Below the pieces are notes generated by a model that did not search any database, was not told the DNA's origin, and saw only the letters and a list, made by a program, of their open reading frames with translations. From Chloroflexota bacterium (GTDB lineage Bacteria; Chloroflexota; UBA11872; VXNJ01): a DNA stretch of 64,000 nucleotides. The position numbers and the translations under genes are program-made. How positions within the stretch are numbered: position 1 is the stretch's first letter; each line of letters begins with the position of its first letter. The stretch is from NCBI GenBank assembly GCA_965261345.1, contig OZ253449.1:576001-640000 (forward strand), given 5' to 3'. Below, one piece after another: positions 1-10,612 of this stretch.

Positions 1-92
1 AGGCTAACGCCGGCCCCAAACGGCCATTTGCATAGAATTGCGCACACTAAACAACCCGCGGCCGCGCGCGGTATTTGCTTAGCGGCGGCCTA

Positions 93-1037
93 ATGATGAA
101 GGGAATCATGGCGCAAGACACGCTCGCCGGCCCGGCGCCGGCGGCAACGCGACCCCGCAGGAAATTTTTCTGGAAGCCGCGTCCCACCCCGCAGGGCTAC
201 TGGAAACGCAACTTCCCGTTTTTCCTGCTGCACGTGAGCGCCTTGACCGCGGTATTTACCGGATTAAGTTGGCCGGTGATTGCATTTACCCTGATCACGT
301 TTTGGGCCCGGGTTTTCTTCGTTACCGGTTTCTACCACCGATATTTCTCTCACCGGTCCTTTAAGACCTCGCGGGCGTTTCAATTCCTGATGGGCGTCCT
401 TGGCACCCTTTCGATGCAAAAGGGACCGCTTTGGTGGGCCGGACATCACCGTCACCACCATTCGCACTCAGACGGTGAGGAGGACGTCCACTCGCCGCGT
501 AAGGGCGGCTTCTGGTGGGCCCACATCGGTTGGCTAACCGAAGCCGACCGCAACGACACTCGTTGGGACCGGGTCAAGGACCTCTCGCAGTTTCCCGAGC
601 TTCGCTGGCTTGAATCAGCCTACCCGCTCGGGGCACTTTTCTACGCCGCCTTCGTGCTCGCTTTCGGATTCTGGTTTGAACGGTCATTTCCGCAATTTGG
701 CGCCACGATGGCCCAATTCTTCGTCTTTGGTTTCATCTGGTGCACCGTCGGCCTAATGCACACCACCTACATGATCAATTCCGGTTCGCACATGTGGGGT
801 TCAAAGCGCTATATGAACGACGACGATTCGCGCAACAATCTTTTCCTAGCCCTACTGACCCTGGGCGAAGGCTGGCACAACAACCACCATCGCTATCCTG
901 GTTCCGAGCGCAACGGGTTTTACTGGTACGAAATCGACATAACCCATTACTTGCTGACCATGCTCAGCTGGACGCGCTTGATCCGGGACCTTCGGGCTCC
1001 GCCCGAGCGGGTGCTCGCCGAGGGCAGCAACACCTAG
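93..1037 (+). CDS. Acyl-CoA/fatty acid (delta-9 type) desaturase
   Basis: Three His boxes HRYFSH, HHRHHH, HNNHH, plus LGEGWHNNHH and hydrophobic TM segments. Start uncertain (75/93/96/108). Confidence 0.9.
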   Translation: MMKGIMAQDTLAGPAPAATRPRRKFFWKPRPTPQGYWKRNFPFFLLHVSALTAVFTGLSWPVIAFTLITFWARVFFVTGFYHRYFSHRSFKTSRAFQFLMGVLGTLSMQKGPLWWAGHHRHHHSHSDGEEDVHSPRKGGFWWAHIGWLTEADRNDTRWDRVKDLSQFPELRWLESAYPLGALFYAAFVLAFGFWFERSFPQFGATMAQFFVFGFIWCTVGLMHTTYMINSGSHMWGSKRYMNDDDSRNNLFLALLTLGEGWHNNHHRYPGSERNGFYWYEIDITHYLLTMLSWTRLIRDLRAPPERVLAEGSNT

Positions 1038-1128
1038 CTTCCCAAGCGCGAGATCCCCTGGGGTTCTGGAACCGGGCGGCCCGAGCGATTAACCTTGGGG
1101 AAAATGCTCCCCATTGGCCAGCGATCAA

Positions 1129-2382
1129 ATGACAATGCAGTGGCCGCAGATGGTGCTTATGCGCCAGGCGCTCGATAACCAGCAAATTGACGACCTCGCC
1201 AGCCAATTGGCGGTTCAGCTACGGCAACGATTGGCCGGTCGAACTTTTGCCCCCGAAACAACGGTGGCAGTGGGGGTCGGCAGCCGCGGGGTATCCCCGA
1301 TCGTTTCGGTGGTCACGACGATCGTGCGCGAGTTGCAAACCGCCGGATTGGACCCTTTCATCGTTCCGGCAATGGGGAGCCACGGCGGGGCGACCGCAGC
1401 CGGCCAGGAAGCGGTGTTGGCCGAATACGGGATCACCGAGGCCGGGGTTGGCGCTCCGGTACGGGCGACCATGGAGGTGGTGGAGCTGGGTCGCGGTGAG
1501 AGCGGCCAGACGTTCTTTGGTGACGCCAACGCCTACAACGCCGACCACGTAGTGATCATCGGGCGCGTCAAACCACACACCGATTTCAAGGGCGAGATCG
1601 AAAGCGGGCTGTGCAAGATGACCTCGGTCGGCCTGGGCAAGCAAATCGGGGCCGAACGAATCCATGAAACCGGCCTAGCGGCCACCATCCCCGAGGGCGC
1701 CCAAGTGGCAATTGACACTGGGAAGCTCCTCCTGGGAGTGGCCCTGGTGGAGAACGCTTTTGACCAACCCGCCTATTGCGAGGTCGTGGGCCCCGAGCAA
1801 TTTCACGCCACCGACCGGCGTCTGCTAATCGAAGCCAAGCGCCTGTTGCCGCGCCTGCCAATCGACCAGCTCGAGCTGCTGGTCGTAGATGAGATGGGCA
1901 AGAACATCTCGGGCGCAGGCATGGACACCAACGTGGTCGGGCTCTGGCGGCTACAGTCGTACGGTGAAAAGGTTCCCGACTACAACTACCTGACAACGCT
2001 GCGGCTCACCGCCGAATCCGGCGGCAACGCTACCGGCATCGGGATGGCCGACTTCGTATCCGGCAGGTTGCTGGCGGCAATGGATCCGGAAAAGACCTAC
2101 ATCAACGGGACGACTTCACTAGTGGTTTCGGGTGCGCGCATTCCCATGAATTTCCCCACCGACGCCGAGACCCTGGAAGTCGCCGTGCGGGTCGCCTCGC
2201 GGTTGGCCAATCGGGGAACGCCGCGGATGGTACGGATACGCAACACCATGGAACTGGAGTATTTCTGGGCATCCGATCCGGTTGCCACCCAGTTGCAGGA
2301 AACGGGGCGGGCCGAAGTCGCCGGTCGGGGCGAGCACTTCGAATTTGACCAGGAGGGCGATCTGGTAGGGGTGGCGGCCTAG
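1129..2382 (+). CDS. Lactate racemase (LarA) N-terminal-like / DUF362-DUF2088 family protein, paralogue 1
   Basis: Motifs VGSRG, PAMGSHGG, RVKPHT, ESGLCKM, GKNISGAGMD. Clear paralogue of 31194-32444. Confidence 0.75.
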   Translation: MTMQWPQMVLMRQALDNQQIDDLASQLAVQLRQRLAGRTFAPETTVAVGVGSRGVSPIVSVVTTIVRELQTAGLDPFIVPAMGSHGGATAAGQEAVLAEYGITEAGVGAPVRATMEVVELGRGESGQTFFGDANAYNADHVVIIGRVKPHTDFKGEIESGLCKMTSVGLGKQIGAERIHETGLAATIPEGAQVAIDTGKLLLGVALVENAFDQPAYCEVVGPEQFHATDRRLLIEAKRLLPRLPIDQLELLVVDEMGKNISGAGMDTNVVGLWRLQSYGEKVPDYNYLTTLRLTAESGGNATGIGMADFVSGRLLAAMDPEKTYINGTTSLVVSGARIPMNFPTDAETLEVAVRVASRLANRGTPRMVRIRNTMELEYFWASDPVATQLQETGRAEVAGRGEHFEFDQEGDLVGVAA

Positions 2383-3284
2383 CTAGATCGGCCGCGCCAA
2401 GCGGTACGGAACGACATTCGGGCGCCGCTAGCCAATGCCGAACCGGCATAAAGGCGTGCGGCCGCCCAAATGACCAGCGGCGCCAATGCCAGGTTCAACA
2501 ACATCGAAATTAGGACTTGGTACCATTCCAGGACGCCCCGCAAAACCAGGGCGACTACCGCGAAATGGGCAAACGGCGGCAGCATCGCCACCACCTGACC
2601 CCAGGTCTCTTCGCCCAACGGGGAGGCGGCGAGCAGATAGGCGACAAGGTAGGAGAGCACCGCGAGCACCGTAACCGGAAAAACCGCTGAATTGATGTCC
2701 TCGGTGCGTGATACGGTCGCCCCCAAGCCGGCGTATATGGACGCAAAGATGAAGAACCCGTTTAGAAACCAGTAGATACCCAGCAAGGCGGTTCCCAAGG
2801 ACTCGAGCGTAAAACTCAACCGCACTTCAAGGGCCAACGGTAGCACGATGCCCAGGGTCAGGCTGATTGAGATCAGCAGTAACAAAAAGCTGACGAGGCC
2901 GAACAGGCCGACGCCAAGGATCTTTCCGACCAGAAGCTGGTAGGGCCGCAAACTGGAGAGCAGCACCTCGATCACCCGATTGCTCTTGTCCGCAACCACC
3001 GAGGCCAACACGTCCCCGGCAAAAAGGGTGATGGCAACGAACATCAAGGGGGCCGTAACCCCCGCCAGGCCGATTTCAATGGTGGCGATTTCATCGGCCA
3101 GCTGGGTCGGAACCGGGCCGGTGACCAACCTGATCAGGACCGGCAGCAGCAGCAGCAGAATCGGAACCAGCGTGAGTGTTGCCAGCCGGCGGCGACTCCG
3201 AATGCGCTGGCCAAATTCGTAGCGGGTCACCACCAGGATGGCGGTCCAGATTTCCGGTTCAGCCAGATGTATTAATCTGCGCAT
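2379..3284 (-). CDS. ABC-2 type exporter permease (NatB/YhaP-like)
   Basis: DKSNRVIEVLLSS..P.QLL.GKILG motif, about 6 TM helices. ATG at 3284 overlaps the 3' end of the ATPase gene. Confidence 0.85.
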   Translation of the reverse strand: MRRLIHLAEPEIWTAILVVTRYEFGQRIRSRRRLATLTLVPILLLLLPVLIRLVTGPVPTQLADEIATIEIGLAGVTAPLMFVAITLFAGDVLASVVADKSNRVIEVLLSSLRPYQLLVGKILGVGLFGLVSFLLLLISISLTLGIVLPLALEVRLSFTLESLGTALLGIYWFLNGFFIFASIYAGLGATVSRTEDINSAVFPVTVLAVLSYLVAYLLAASPLGEETWGQVVAMLPPFAHFAVVALVLRGVLEWYQVLISMLLNLALAPLVIWAAARLYAGSALASGARMSFRTAWRGRSS

Positions 3285-4171
3285 TCCCGAACCGTTTCTA
3301 AGAAAACCTCCGACAGTGAGGGCGGGGTATACGAAAACGAAACCACCGGCCCGGCCAGGCGGGCCGATTGCAACGCCAAATGCAAATCCAGATCGGCGGT
3401 CACCCGCAATCGCACCGCTGTTCCGTTGAGCGAGCGAAGTTCGGCGCCAGGAAGACTCCGCCACCAACCGCTAGCCGCGCTGGCCAATTCGACGTCGAGT
3501 CGACGATAGGCCGAGGCGGCCCGAATTGCGCCGACCGGGCCCGCCGCCAGCACGCCGCCGTGATCAATGATTGCCACGTCGTCGACTAGGTCCTGAACCA
3601 GGTCGAGCTGGTGTGACGAAAAAATTACCGTCACGCCGTCCTGGGCCCGCTCTCGCACCAACCGGCCAAGGGTTTCCACCGCGATTGGGTCAAGTCCGGT
3701 GAAAGGTTCATCCAGGACCACCAGATCCGGATCGTGGAGAAACGCAGCGGCCAACTGCACGCGTTGTTGATTGCCATTAGAGAGCGCCTCCAGGCACCGT
3801 CCGGCGTGATCGGTGAGATCTAACCGCCCGAGCCAGCGAGCGATCGACGAATCGGCGGCATCCCCTGACAGACCCCGCAAGCGCGCAAAATAGCGCAGCT
3901 GCTCCCCGACCGCGATCTTGGGGTAGAGCCCACGCTGCTCGGGCATGTAGCCGAACCGCAAAACCTGTCGGTGTCCGACCGGTTTCCCGCGCCAACTCAC
4001 CGAACCCGAATCGAGCCGCACCAGGTCAAAGATCGCCCGCATGGCGGTGGTCTTACCCGATCCGTTTGGCCCCAGCAGGCCCAGCACCCGGCCCGGCGCG
4101 GCGCACAGATCAAGTCCCCTCAAAGCATGAATTCGGCCGAATCGTTTATGGGCCCTGCATATGGTCAGCAT
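3272..4171 (-). CDS. ABC exporter ATP-binding protein
   Basis: Walker A GPNGSGKTT, signature LSNGNQQ, Walker B VVLDEP, H-loop SSH. Confidence 0.92.
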   Translation of the reverse strand: MLTICRAHKRFGRIHALRGLDLCAAPGRVLGLLGPNGSGKTTAMRAIFDLVRLDSGSVSWRGKPVGHRQVLRFGYMPEQRGLYPKIAVGEQLRYFARLRGLSGDAADSSIARWLGRLDLTDHAGRCLEALSNGNQQRVQLAAAFLHDPDLVVLDEPFTGLDPIAVETLGRLVRERAQDGVTVIFSSHQLDLVQDLVDDVAIIDHGGVLAAGPVGAIRAASAYRRLDVELASAASGWWRSLPGAELRSLNGTAVRLRVTADLDLHLALQSARLAGPVVSFSYTPPSLSEVFLETVRECAD

Positions 4172-4208
4172 CTAGGCCATGCTGGACAAGGACGAGCCCA
4201 TCCGCAGA

Positions 4209-5687
4209 TTAGAACGAATAGACCCGTGGCACCGGATTCGTACGCGCATAAGCCTGAGCATCGTAAGCCTCACCTAAAAGTCGATTGAAATTCTCAGCAT
4301 GCGCGGGGTCGCGCGAGAGATCGTTGTGTTCCCAAGGATCGTTTTGCAGATCGTAGAGTTCGTGCACGCCCTTGCCGTGGTAACTAACCAGCTTCCAGCG
4401 GCGCGTGCGAAACATCGTGGCATGGGTCTGATCGGCGTGATCGATCGCCCCGTAGAACTCGGTGCGAACGTACTGGCGGTGATCGAAGCCATCGCTGTGC
4501 CCATCGAGGATGTTTAGCAGCGATTTCCCCTGCACGTGGTAAGGGATTTGCATCCCCAGCGCCTGGTAGAGAGTCGGCGCCAGATCGGTCAATTCGACCA
4601 AACCGTCACAGACCCGGCCACCCTTAAATCGTGCCGGCCAGGAAATCATCAGCGGAACTCGAACCAAGCCTTCGAAGAAGCGACAGCCCTTGAGCACCAG
4701 CCCGTGGTCACAGAGCGCTTCGCCGTGGTCTGAGGTAAAAATTACGATCGTGTTGTCGCGCTCTCCGATTGCCTCGAGATGGTCGAGCAATCGGCCGAAC
4801 TCATGGTCGACCTGTTCGATCATCGCGTAGTAGGAGGCCTGTACCTGGCGGTGCTGCCAGGTCTCGGGCGGTTTGGGCACCGACTGAAAGTCGATCCCCG
4901 CATCACACAGTCGCTGCTGATGCGCCAGATCGCTCTCGGCAAAGTGTGCGCCGGGCAGCGAGTCGGGATCGTAGCGCCGATAGTACTCATAAGGCGCATC
5001 GAACGGCGCATGCGGATCGAATGGATTTATGGTCAGCATCCACGGTTGATCCTCCCAGCGGTTGGCGTTGATGAACTCAATCCCTTTTTCCGAACACCAG
5101 TGGGTCTGGTGAAGGTGCGGAGGGACGTTGTCCTGTTCGGGAGTGGGCTCATAAAGGCCGCCGAAAGTCTTGACCTCAGCCCCCTGTTGGTATGAGACGC
5201 TCGTGGGGTTGTGGGCCATCAGCAACTCGTCGGCATTACCGCCCTGGGCGCGGACCCAATCGGCATAGGCGTGAAAGGGTAGATCGGGACCTTTGTGCGA
5301 ATGCGAGTACTCAAATGACCGGTATCCGTCGTCGGTGCGCTGCTCGGCCCCGCCACCGGCGCCGGCCAAATGGAGCTTGCCGACATTGCCGACGTCGAAT
5401 CCCTCATCGGCCAGCACCCGCGTGATCAGACGTCCGGCCTGTTCGGGCGGAAAGTGTGGGTTGCCGTTGCCCAGTACGCCGACCGCGCTTGGGTACATTC
5501 CGGTGAGGAAGCTGGAGCGCGAGGGCGTACAAATCTGCGTCTGGCAGTGGGCGTGCGTGAAGGTCACCGCCGACTGCATGAACTGGCGCAAGCGTGGGGT
5601 GTTGATATGGTCGTTGTTGAGGCCGTTGATCGTATCAAAACGTTGCTGATCAGAGCAATACCAGAGGATGTTGGGGCGTTTGCGCAT
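4209..5687 (-). CDS. Sulfatase (Cys-type, formylglycine-dependent)
   Basis: PNILWYCSDQQR, CTPSRSSFLTG, GKLH, DPHAPF, SDHGE. Confidence 0.93.
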   Translation of the reverse strand: MRKRPNILWYCSDQQRFDTINGLNNDHINTPRLRQFMQSAVTFTHAHCQTQICTPSRSSFLTGMYPSAVGVLGNGNPHFPPEQAGRLITRVLADEGFDVGNVGKLHLAGAGGGAEQRTDDGYRSFEYSHSHKGPDLPFHAYADWVRAQGGNADELLMAHNPTSVSYQQGAEVKTFGGLYEPTPEQDNVPPHLHQTHWCSEKGIEFINANRWEDQPWMLTINPFDPHAPFDAPYEYYRRYDPDSLPGAHFAESDLAHQQRLCDAGIDFQSVPKPPETWQHRQVQASYYAMIEQVDHEFGRLLDHLEAIGERDNTIVIFTSDHGEALCDHGLVLKGCRFFEGLVRVPLMISWPARFKGGRVCDGLVELTDLAPTLYQALGMQIPYHVQGKSLLNILDGHSDGFDHRQYVRTEFYGAIDHADQTHATMFRTRRWKLVSYHGKGVHELYDLQNDPWEHNDLSRDPAHAENFNRLLGEAYDAQAYARTNPVPRVYSF

Positions 5688-5810
5688 AGTTAATCGTCAG
5701 CGTAGAGGGTTACCTTTTTGATTTTGACAATCGGCGACCGCAGTTTTGATGCCCGGCGAAAATCTGACCGGTAATCTGGACCATTCGGCCCCCAACAGGA
5801 CGTAGCGCCA

Positions 5811-7100
5811 ATCGAAACCCTCGCGGGTGTTGCCCTAGCGGCGATCCTCATCGCGATCAACGGCACCTATGCCGGCGCCCAGTTCGCTCTGATCGCGGTC
5901 AATCGCTATCGCGTCGAACAGCTCGCCGATGAGAAGCGGGCCCGGGCGATCAAGAGCCTGGCGGTGCTGCGCAACCTGGCATTCGAACTATCTGGGGCTC
6001 AGCTCGGAATCACGGTTACCTCGCTGTTGCTGGGGTTTGTAACCGAATTGCTGATCGCCCCGGGGTTGAGTGACCAGTTTGCCGGCTCCAGGCCCGGAGC
6101 CGAGCCCGGAGCCACACTGGTGGTCGTTTCGGTGGCGGTGCTGGGCCTGCTCTCATTCGTCCAGATGATCGCCGGGGAGTTGGCCCCCAAGAATCTGGCG
6201 ATCGCCCGCCCGTTGCAGACAACCCTTTTCCTGGCGCCATTTCTGGGCGCCTCCAACCGCCTGGCCCGTCCCCTGGTCGTGGTGCTCAATCAGGCCGCCA
6301 ACCGCTTCATCCGCATGTGCGGAGTCGAACCGGCCGACGAGCTTACCAGCGTGCGCAACTCGTCTGATCTGCTGCGCGCGATTCGCTGGTCGTCGCAGGC
6401 CGGTTCGCTGCCCTCGAGCACCGCGCGCTTCGCACATGCGGTGGTCGCATTTGATTCATTGGCAGCCCGCGATGTGCTAACGCCGCGAAGCAATGTGATC
6501 TCGCTGCCCGAAGATGCCTCGATGGCCGATCTCGGCCGGGTGGCGAGCCAACGTGGGGTCGTCCATGTACCGGTCCTGCGGCGCGGCAGCGAGGAAGTAT
6601 TGGGAGTGGTTTCGGCCCGGTCCCTGTTCGCGATCGCCCGTCATGATCTTGCCAATATTCCGGTTCGGCTCTATATGCAGCCGATCCTGGCGGCATCGAC
6701 TTCGGCCCCGCTCTATTCGGTGCTGCTCTTGATGCGGCGGCGGCGCAACCCGATGGTGATCGTGGTTGATGAGCACGGGGTAATGGCCGGCGTCCTCACA
6801 ATCGATGACGTCCTGCTGCCGCTACTGGCCGGGCGGGCGTCGCCCGCGCCCGGTGGGTTGGTCCGACGGGCGGTGCGGCTTGATGGGTTGGCGACCGCTT
6901 CCGAATGCGAGCTGGCGGCCGGATTCATCCTCCCCAACGGACCCTACGAAACCCTGGCCGGATTCCTGCTGATGGAATTCCAGCGCATTCCCGCTGCCGG
7001 CGACGTGCTCGAGTACCAGGGCTGGCGGCTCGAGGTGCTCTCGACCGCCGGAATGCAGGTGACCAGGGTGGCGCTCATCCCGCCGGCCGGCGCCCCATGA
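5811..7100 (+). CDS. Hemolysin/CNNM-CorC family protein (DUF21-CBS-CBS-CorC_HlyC), copy A; start codon unresolved
   Basis: LSGAQLGIT, GELAPKN, VVDEHG, YETLAG motifs. Frame stays open upstream of the called 5964 and encodes TM1 (LAAILIAINGTYAGAQFAL). Confidence 0.85.
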   Translation: METLAGVALAAILIAINGTYAGAQFALIAVNRYRVEQLADEKRARAIKSLAVLRNLAFELSGAQLGITVTSLLLGFVTELLIAPGLSDQFAGSRPGAEPGATLVVVSVAVLGLLSFVQMIAGELAPKNLAIARPLQTTLFLAPFLGASNRLARPLVVVLNQAANRFIRMCGVEPADELTSVRNSSDLLRAIRWSSQAGSLPSSTARFAHAVVAFDSLAARDVLTPRSNVISLPEDASMADLGRVASQRGVVHVPVLRRGSEEVLGVVSARSLFAIARHDLANIPVRLYMQPILAASTSAPLYSVLLLMRRRRNPMVIVVDEHGVMAGVLTIDDVLLPLLAGRASPAPGGLVRRAVRLDGLATASECELAAGFILPNGPYETLAGFLLMEFQRIPAAGDVLEYQGWRLEVLSTAGMQVTRVALIPPAGAP

Positions 7101-8452
7101 TCGATCCGGTGCTGGCCCTGATCCTGGCGGCGGCTCTGCTGGCGGTCAACGGATTTTTCGTGGCCGCCGAATTCGCCTTGACCGCCGCCGATCGCGCCCG
7201 CATCGGCGAGCTGGCGCAAACCGATTCATGGCGGGCACGACTGGCCCAAAAGGCGACCAAGGAACTCTCGTTGATGCTGGCCGGGGCGCAGCTGGGCATC
7301 ACCGTGGCATCGATCGCACTCGGGTTCGTGGCTGAACCTGCGGTTGCCTTCCTGGTCGAACTGGCCGTGAGCGGTTTCTGGCACCCCGATCCGGCGACCC
7401 TGCACCTCGTGGCCCTTCCTACGGCGTTGGTGATCGTGACCATCCTGCACATGATTTTTGGCGAAATCCTGCCCAAAAACGTAGCCTTGACTCGGCCAAC
7501 GCGATTGGCCCTGGCAGTGGCGATACCGTTTCGATTTTTCGCCAACGCGGTGCGGCTGATCATCTGGGTGCTAAACGGGGCCGCCAACTTGGTGGTGCGG
7601 ATGTTCGGGATCGAACCCGAAGATGAGGTTGATATCGCCTACTCACGGCGCGACCTTGAATTTATCGTTGACGACCTTGGCGCCGAAGGCGAGCTGGACG
7701 AACCCGAGCTGGCAATGCTCGAACGCGCGCTGGCGTTTTCCGAACTCAAGGTCCGAGAGGCCATGACTCCGCGTCCGCAGATGACGCTTGCCGACGTCCG
7801 CTCCTCGCCGGCTCAACTGGTGGCCCTGGCCGAATCGACCGGCCATTCGCGTTTCCCGCTTTGGGAGGGCGTGCCCGACCGTGTCGTCGGTTTGGTCGAC
7901 GTCGTTGACCTGTTTCGGTTAAGCGCGCGCGATTGGGCCGCGCCGCTGCCGCGGCCGGTCATCACCAAGCTGCCGGCGGTATTTGAGAACGCGCCGATGG
8001 CCGGACTACCTACCCAAATGCGTGAAAGCGAAGCCGAGATGCTGCTGGTTGTAGACGAACACGGTGACGCCGCCGGACTGATCACCAGCGAGGACATCGC
8101 GGTTGCCCTGGTCGGCGACCTGGCCGCTCATTCAACCCCTGCCCCGGCCGACCTGCTGCGCCTCGATGATGGCAGTTGGACCGCGGCGGGTATGGTGCGG
8201 GCCACCGGGTTGGCCTCGGCGTTGGGAATCGTCCTGCCCGACGCCGAATTTGAAACGGTCGCCGGGTTCGTGCTAAACCAGCTGGCGGCAATCCCGAACG
8301 AGGGGGCCAATTTCTCCTTCCAGGGCTGGCTGGTCCTGGTCGCCAGGATGTCTGGACCGCGCATCGAGCAGGTGCGGTTCATCCCGCTGGCGCCCGGATA
8401 TGCCGTTCCGGGAGGCCCTCAATCGCCAGACCGGGCGCCGGAGGATTCTTAG
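7097..8452 (+). CDS. Hemolysin/CNNM-CorC family protein, copy B
   Basis: NGFFVAAEFAL, AQLGIT, GEILPKN, GHSRFP, VVDEHG, FETVAG. ATGA overlap with copy A. Confidence 0.9.
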   Translation: MIDPVLALILAAALLAVNGFFVAAEFALTAADRARIGELAQTDSWRARLAQKATKELSLMLAGAQLGITVASIALGFVAEPAVAFLVELAVSGFWHPDPATLHLVALPTALVIVTILHMIFGEILPKNVALTRPTRLALAVAIPFRFFANAVRLIIWVLNGAANLVVRMFGIEPEDEVDIAYSRRDLEFIVDDLGAEGELDEPELAMLERALAFSELKVREAMTPRPQMTLADVRSSPAQLVALAESTGHSRFPLWEGVPDRVVGLVDVVDLFRLSARDWAAPLPRPVITKLPAVFENAPMAGLPTQMRESEAEMLLVVDEHGDAAGLITSEDIAVALVGDLAAHSTPAPADLLRLDDGSWTAAGMVRATGLASALGIVLPDAEFETVAGFVLNQLAAIPNEGANFSFQGWLVLVARMSGPRIEQVRFIPLAPGYAVPGGPQSPDRAPEDS

Positions 8453-8979
8453 TCGGTCCCGGCCTTTCCGCCCAGTTCGATATCCAGGGTCAGCAGCGCG
8501 GCCGCATTCTCACCGGCCAGCTTCACGCGGCGGACGATATCGTCAAACGTCTTTTCTTCCTCGACCTGTTCGGTGAGGAACCACTCCAGAAAGATCGCGG
8601 TCGCGCTGTCACGGTCGGAAGTGGCCAGCTCATGGAGATGCTTGAACGACTCCGACACACCCTCCTCCTGGGCCAGGGCGGCCGAAAACGCTCCGTGCGC
8701 GCTCTGGTAGTCGTTGGGCACCTGAGCTATCGGACCGATCTGCACCCGCCCGCCACGGTCGAGCACATACTCAAAAAGTCGCAGCGCGTGGCCGCGTTCT
8801 TCAGCAGCCTGTTTTTCCATAAAAGCTGAAAACCCAAGCAGGCTTTCGTTATCGAACCAACCGGCCATCGCCAGGTAGGTAAATTCGGCGGCAAACTCGT
8901 TGGATATCTGCTGATTTAGGCCGGATAGCAATTCGGACGTTAGTGCGCCAAGTCCGTGCGCGTTTGGGGTCCCTGCCAC
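8449..8979 (-). CDS. ftnA: Non-heme ferritin
   Basis: Ferroxidase residues E(F)AAEFTY, EERGH, QEE, EQVEEE. GTG start with AAGGAG RBS. Confidence 0.9.
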   Translation of the reverse strand: MAGTPNAHGLGALTSELLSGLNQQISNEFAAEFTYLAMAGWFDNESLLGFSAFMEKQAAEERGHALRLFEYVLDRGGRVQIGPIAQVPNDYQSAHGAFSAALAQEEGVSESFKHLHELATSDRDSATAIFLEWFLTEQVEEEKTFDDIVRRVKLAGENAAALLTLDIELGGKAGTD

Positions 8980-9169
8980 TGTCGGTCTCCTTGCCAGTCG
9001 GCGAGTGTGAGCCACCCGCAGATTGACGTTTAAGCGGCGACGGTCTCAATCGAATCCTCGGGCGCGCGGTCGCAACGGTCATTAGCACGTGCTGATTTGC
9101 GGCGGGCGGGCAGCGCGTTCCGGCTTTATGAAAAAATCAACCGATCCCAATTGCCCCATCAGCAGATAC

Positions 9170-10612
9170 ATGCCCGCAGCCGACAACGTAGTTTTCATCC
9201 TCACCGACGACCAGGCCACCTGGGCGCTGGGCTGCTACGGAAACAGCGAAATCTCGACCCCGAACCTGGATCGCCTCGCAGCCTCGGGGGCGCGCCTGCA
9301 AAATTTTTTCGTCTCCTCGCCGGTGTGCTCACCTTCGCGGGCCACCTACCTGACCGGACTCATAAATTCACAACATGGCGTACACGATTGGGTCCGTCAG
9401 GATGGGGCCCAGGAGTGCCCGCCGGCGCTGCTTGCCGGCCGCACGACCTACGTGGACGTAATGGCCGCTCACGGTTATTCCTGTTCGCTCTCAGGGAAGT
9501 GGCACCTGGGTGAACAGGAACTGCCCTTGCACGGATTCGAGCGCCACTACATGCGCCGCTTCGGCGGAGGCAGCTATGTGGACCCCGAAATGGTGCGCGA
9601 CGGCCAACGGGCGATTGCCCGCGGCTATGCAAGCGACCTATTTACCGACGATGCGATCGAATTTATCGCCTCCCGCGCCGGGCGACCGGCGCCGTTCTAC
9701 GCCTCGGTCCATTTCACCGCTCCGCACAGCCCCTGGTATGGCCATCCGCAGGACGTCGTGGATTCCTACGATGATTGCCCGTTCGAATCCTGTCCCCAGG
9801 AAGATCCCCATCCGTGGATGGGCGGATCGCCGACCGAATTTAAGGGCGGGCGCGAGATGCTCAAAGGCTACTTTGCCGCGGTCACGGCGATGGACCGCTG
9901 CGTGGGCCGAATACTCAACGCGCTCGAAGACCTCGGCGTGCGTGAGCGCACATTGGTGGTGTTCTGCTCCGACAACGGATTTAATTTCGGCCACCACGGA
10001 GTGTGGGGCAAGGGCAATGGGACCTTCCCCTTCAACATGTACGAAACCTCGGTCAAAGTTCCCTGCATCTTTTCGCATCCAGGAGTGATTCCGGCTGGCC
10101 AGGTACTTGCTGGGCTGCATTCCAATTACGACATGTTCCCGACCTTGCTCGATTACCTGAAGCTGCCGATCCCGGCCGGAGCCGCCTTGCCGGGCAAGAG
10201 TCTGGTCCCGGCGCTACTGGGCAAAGGTGACGATGCGCACGACGCGGTGGTTGTCTACGACGAATACGGCGGCACCCGAATGGTGCGCACCCGGCGCTGG
10301 AAGTACATTCACCGCTACGATCATGGTCCATGCGAGCTGTTCGATTTGCGCGACGATCCCGGCGAGCGGCGCAATCTCCTCTACGACCCCGCCCAAGCCG
10401 CGCGCATTGTCTCGCTGCGGCGGCTTTTGGAAGATTTCTTCGATACGTGGGCCGAGGACCGCCACGACGGGCGCGAACTCGACGTGCGCGGGTTTGGCCA
10501 GGGCGCCGACCTGTCCGGGGATCGAGACGCCGATCGAACGGTGTTCTATCACTCCTGGCACGATGAACGGCCCGTGCCGGTAATTGCCGCTCTGCGCGAA
10601 CAAGGCCGATGA
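9170..10612 (+). CDS. Sulfatase (Cys-type; choline/aryl-sulfatase-like)
   Basis: NVVFILTDDQ, CSPSRATYLTG, GKWHLG, APHSP, SDNG. Start may be 9128. Confidence 0.92.
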   Translation: MPAADNVVFILTDDQATWALGCYGNSEISTPNLDRLAASGARLQNFFVSSPVCSPSRATYLTGLINSQHGVHDWVRQDGAQECPPALLAGRTTYVDVMAAHGYSCSLSGKWHLGEQELPLHGFERHYMRRFGGGSYVDPEMVRDGQRAIARGYASDLFTDDAIEFIASRAGRPAPFYASVHFTAPHSPWYGHPQDVVDSYDDCPFESCPQEDPHPWMGGSPTEFKGGREMLKGYFAAVTAMDRCVGRILNALEDLGVRERTLVVFCSDNGFNFGHHGVWGKGNGTFPFNMYETSVKVPCIFSHPGVIPAGQVLAGLHSNYDMFPTLLDYLKLPIPAGAALPGKSLVPALLGKGDDAHDAVVVYDEYGGTRMVRTRRWKYIHRYDHGPCELFDLRDDPGERRNLLYDPAQAARIVSLRRLLEDFFDTWAEDRHDGRELDVRGFGQGADLSGDRDADRTVFYHSWHDERPVPVIAALREQGR

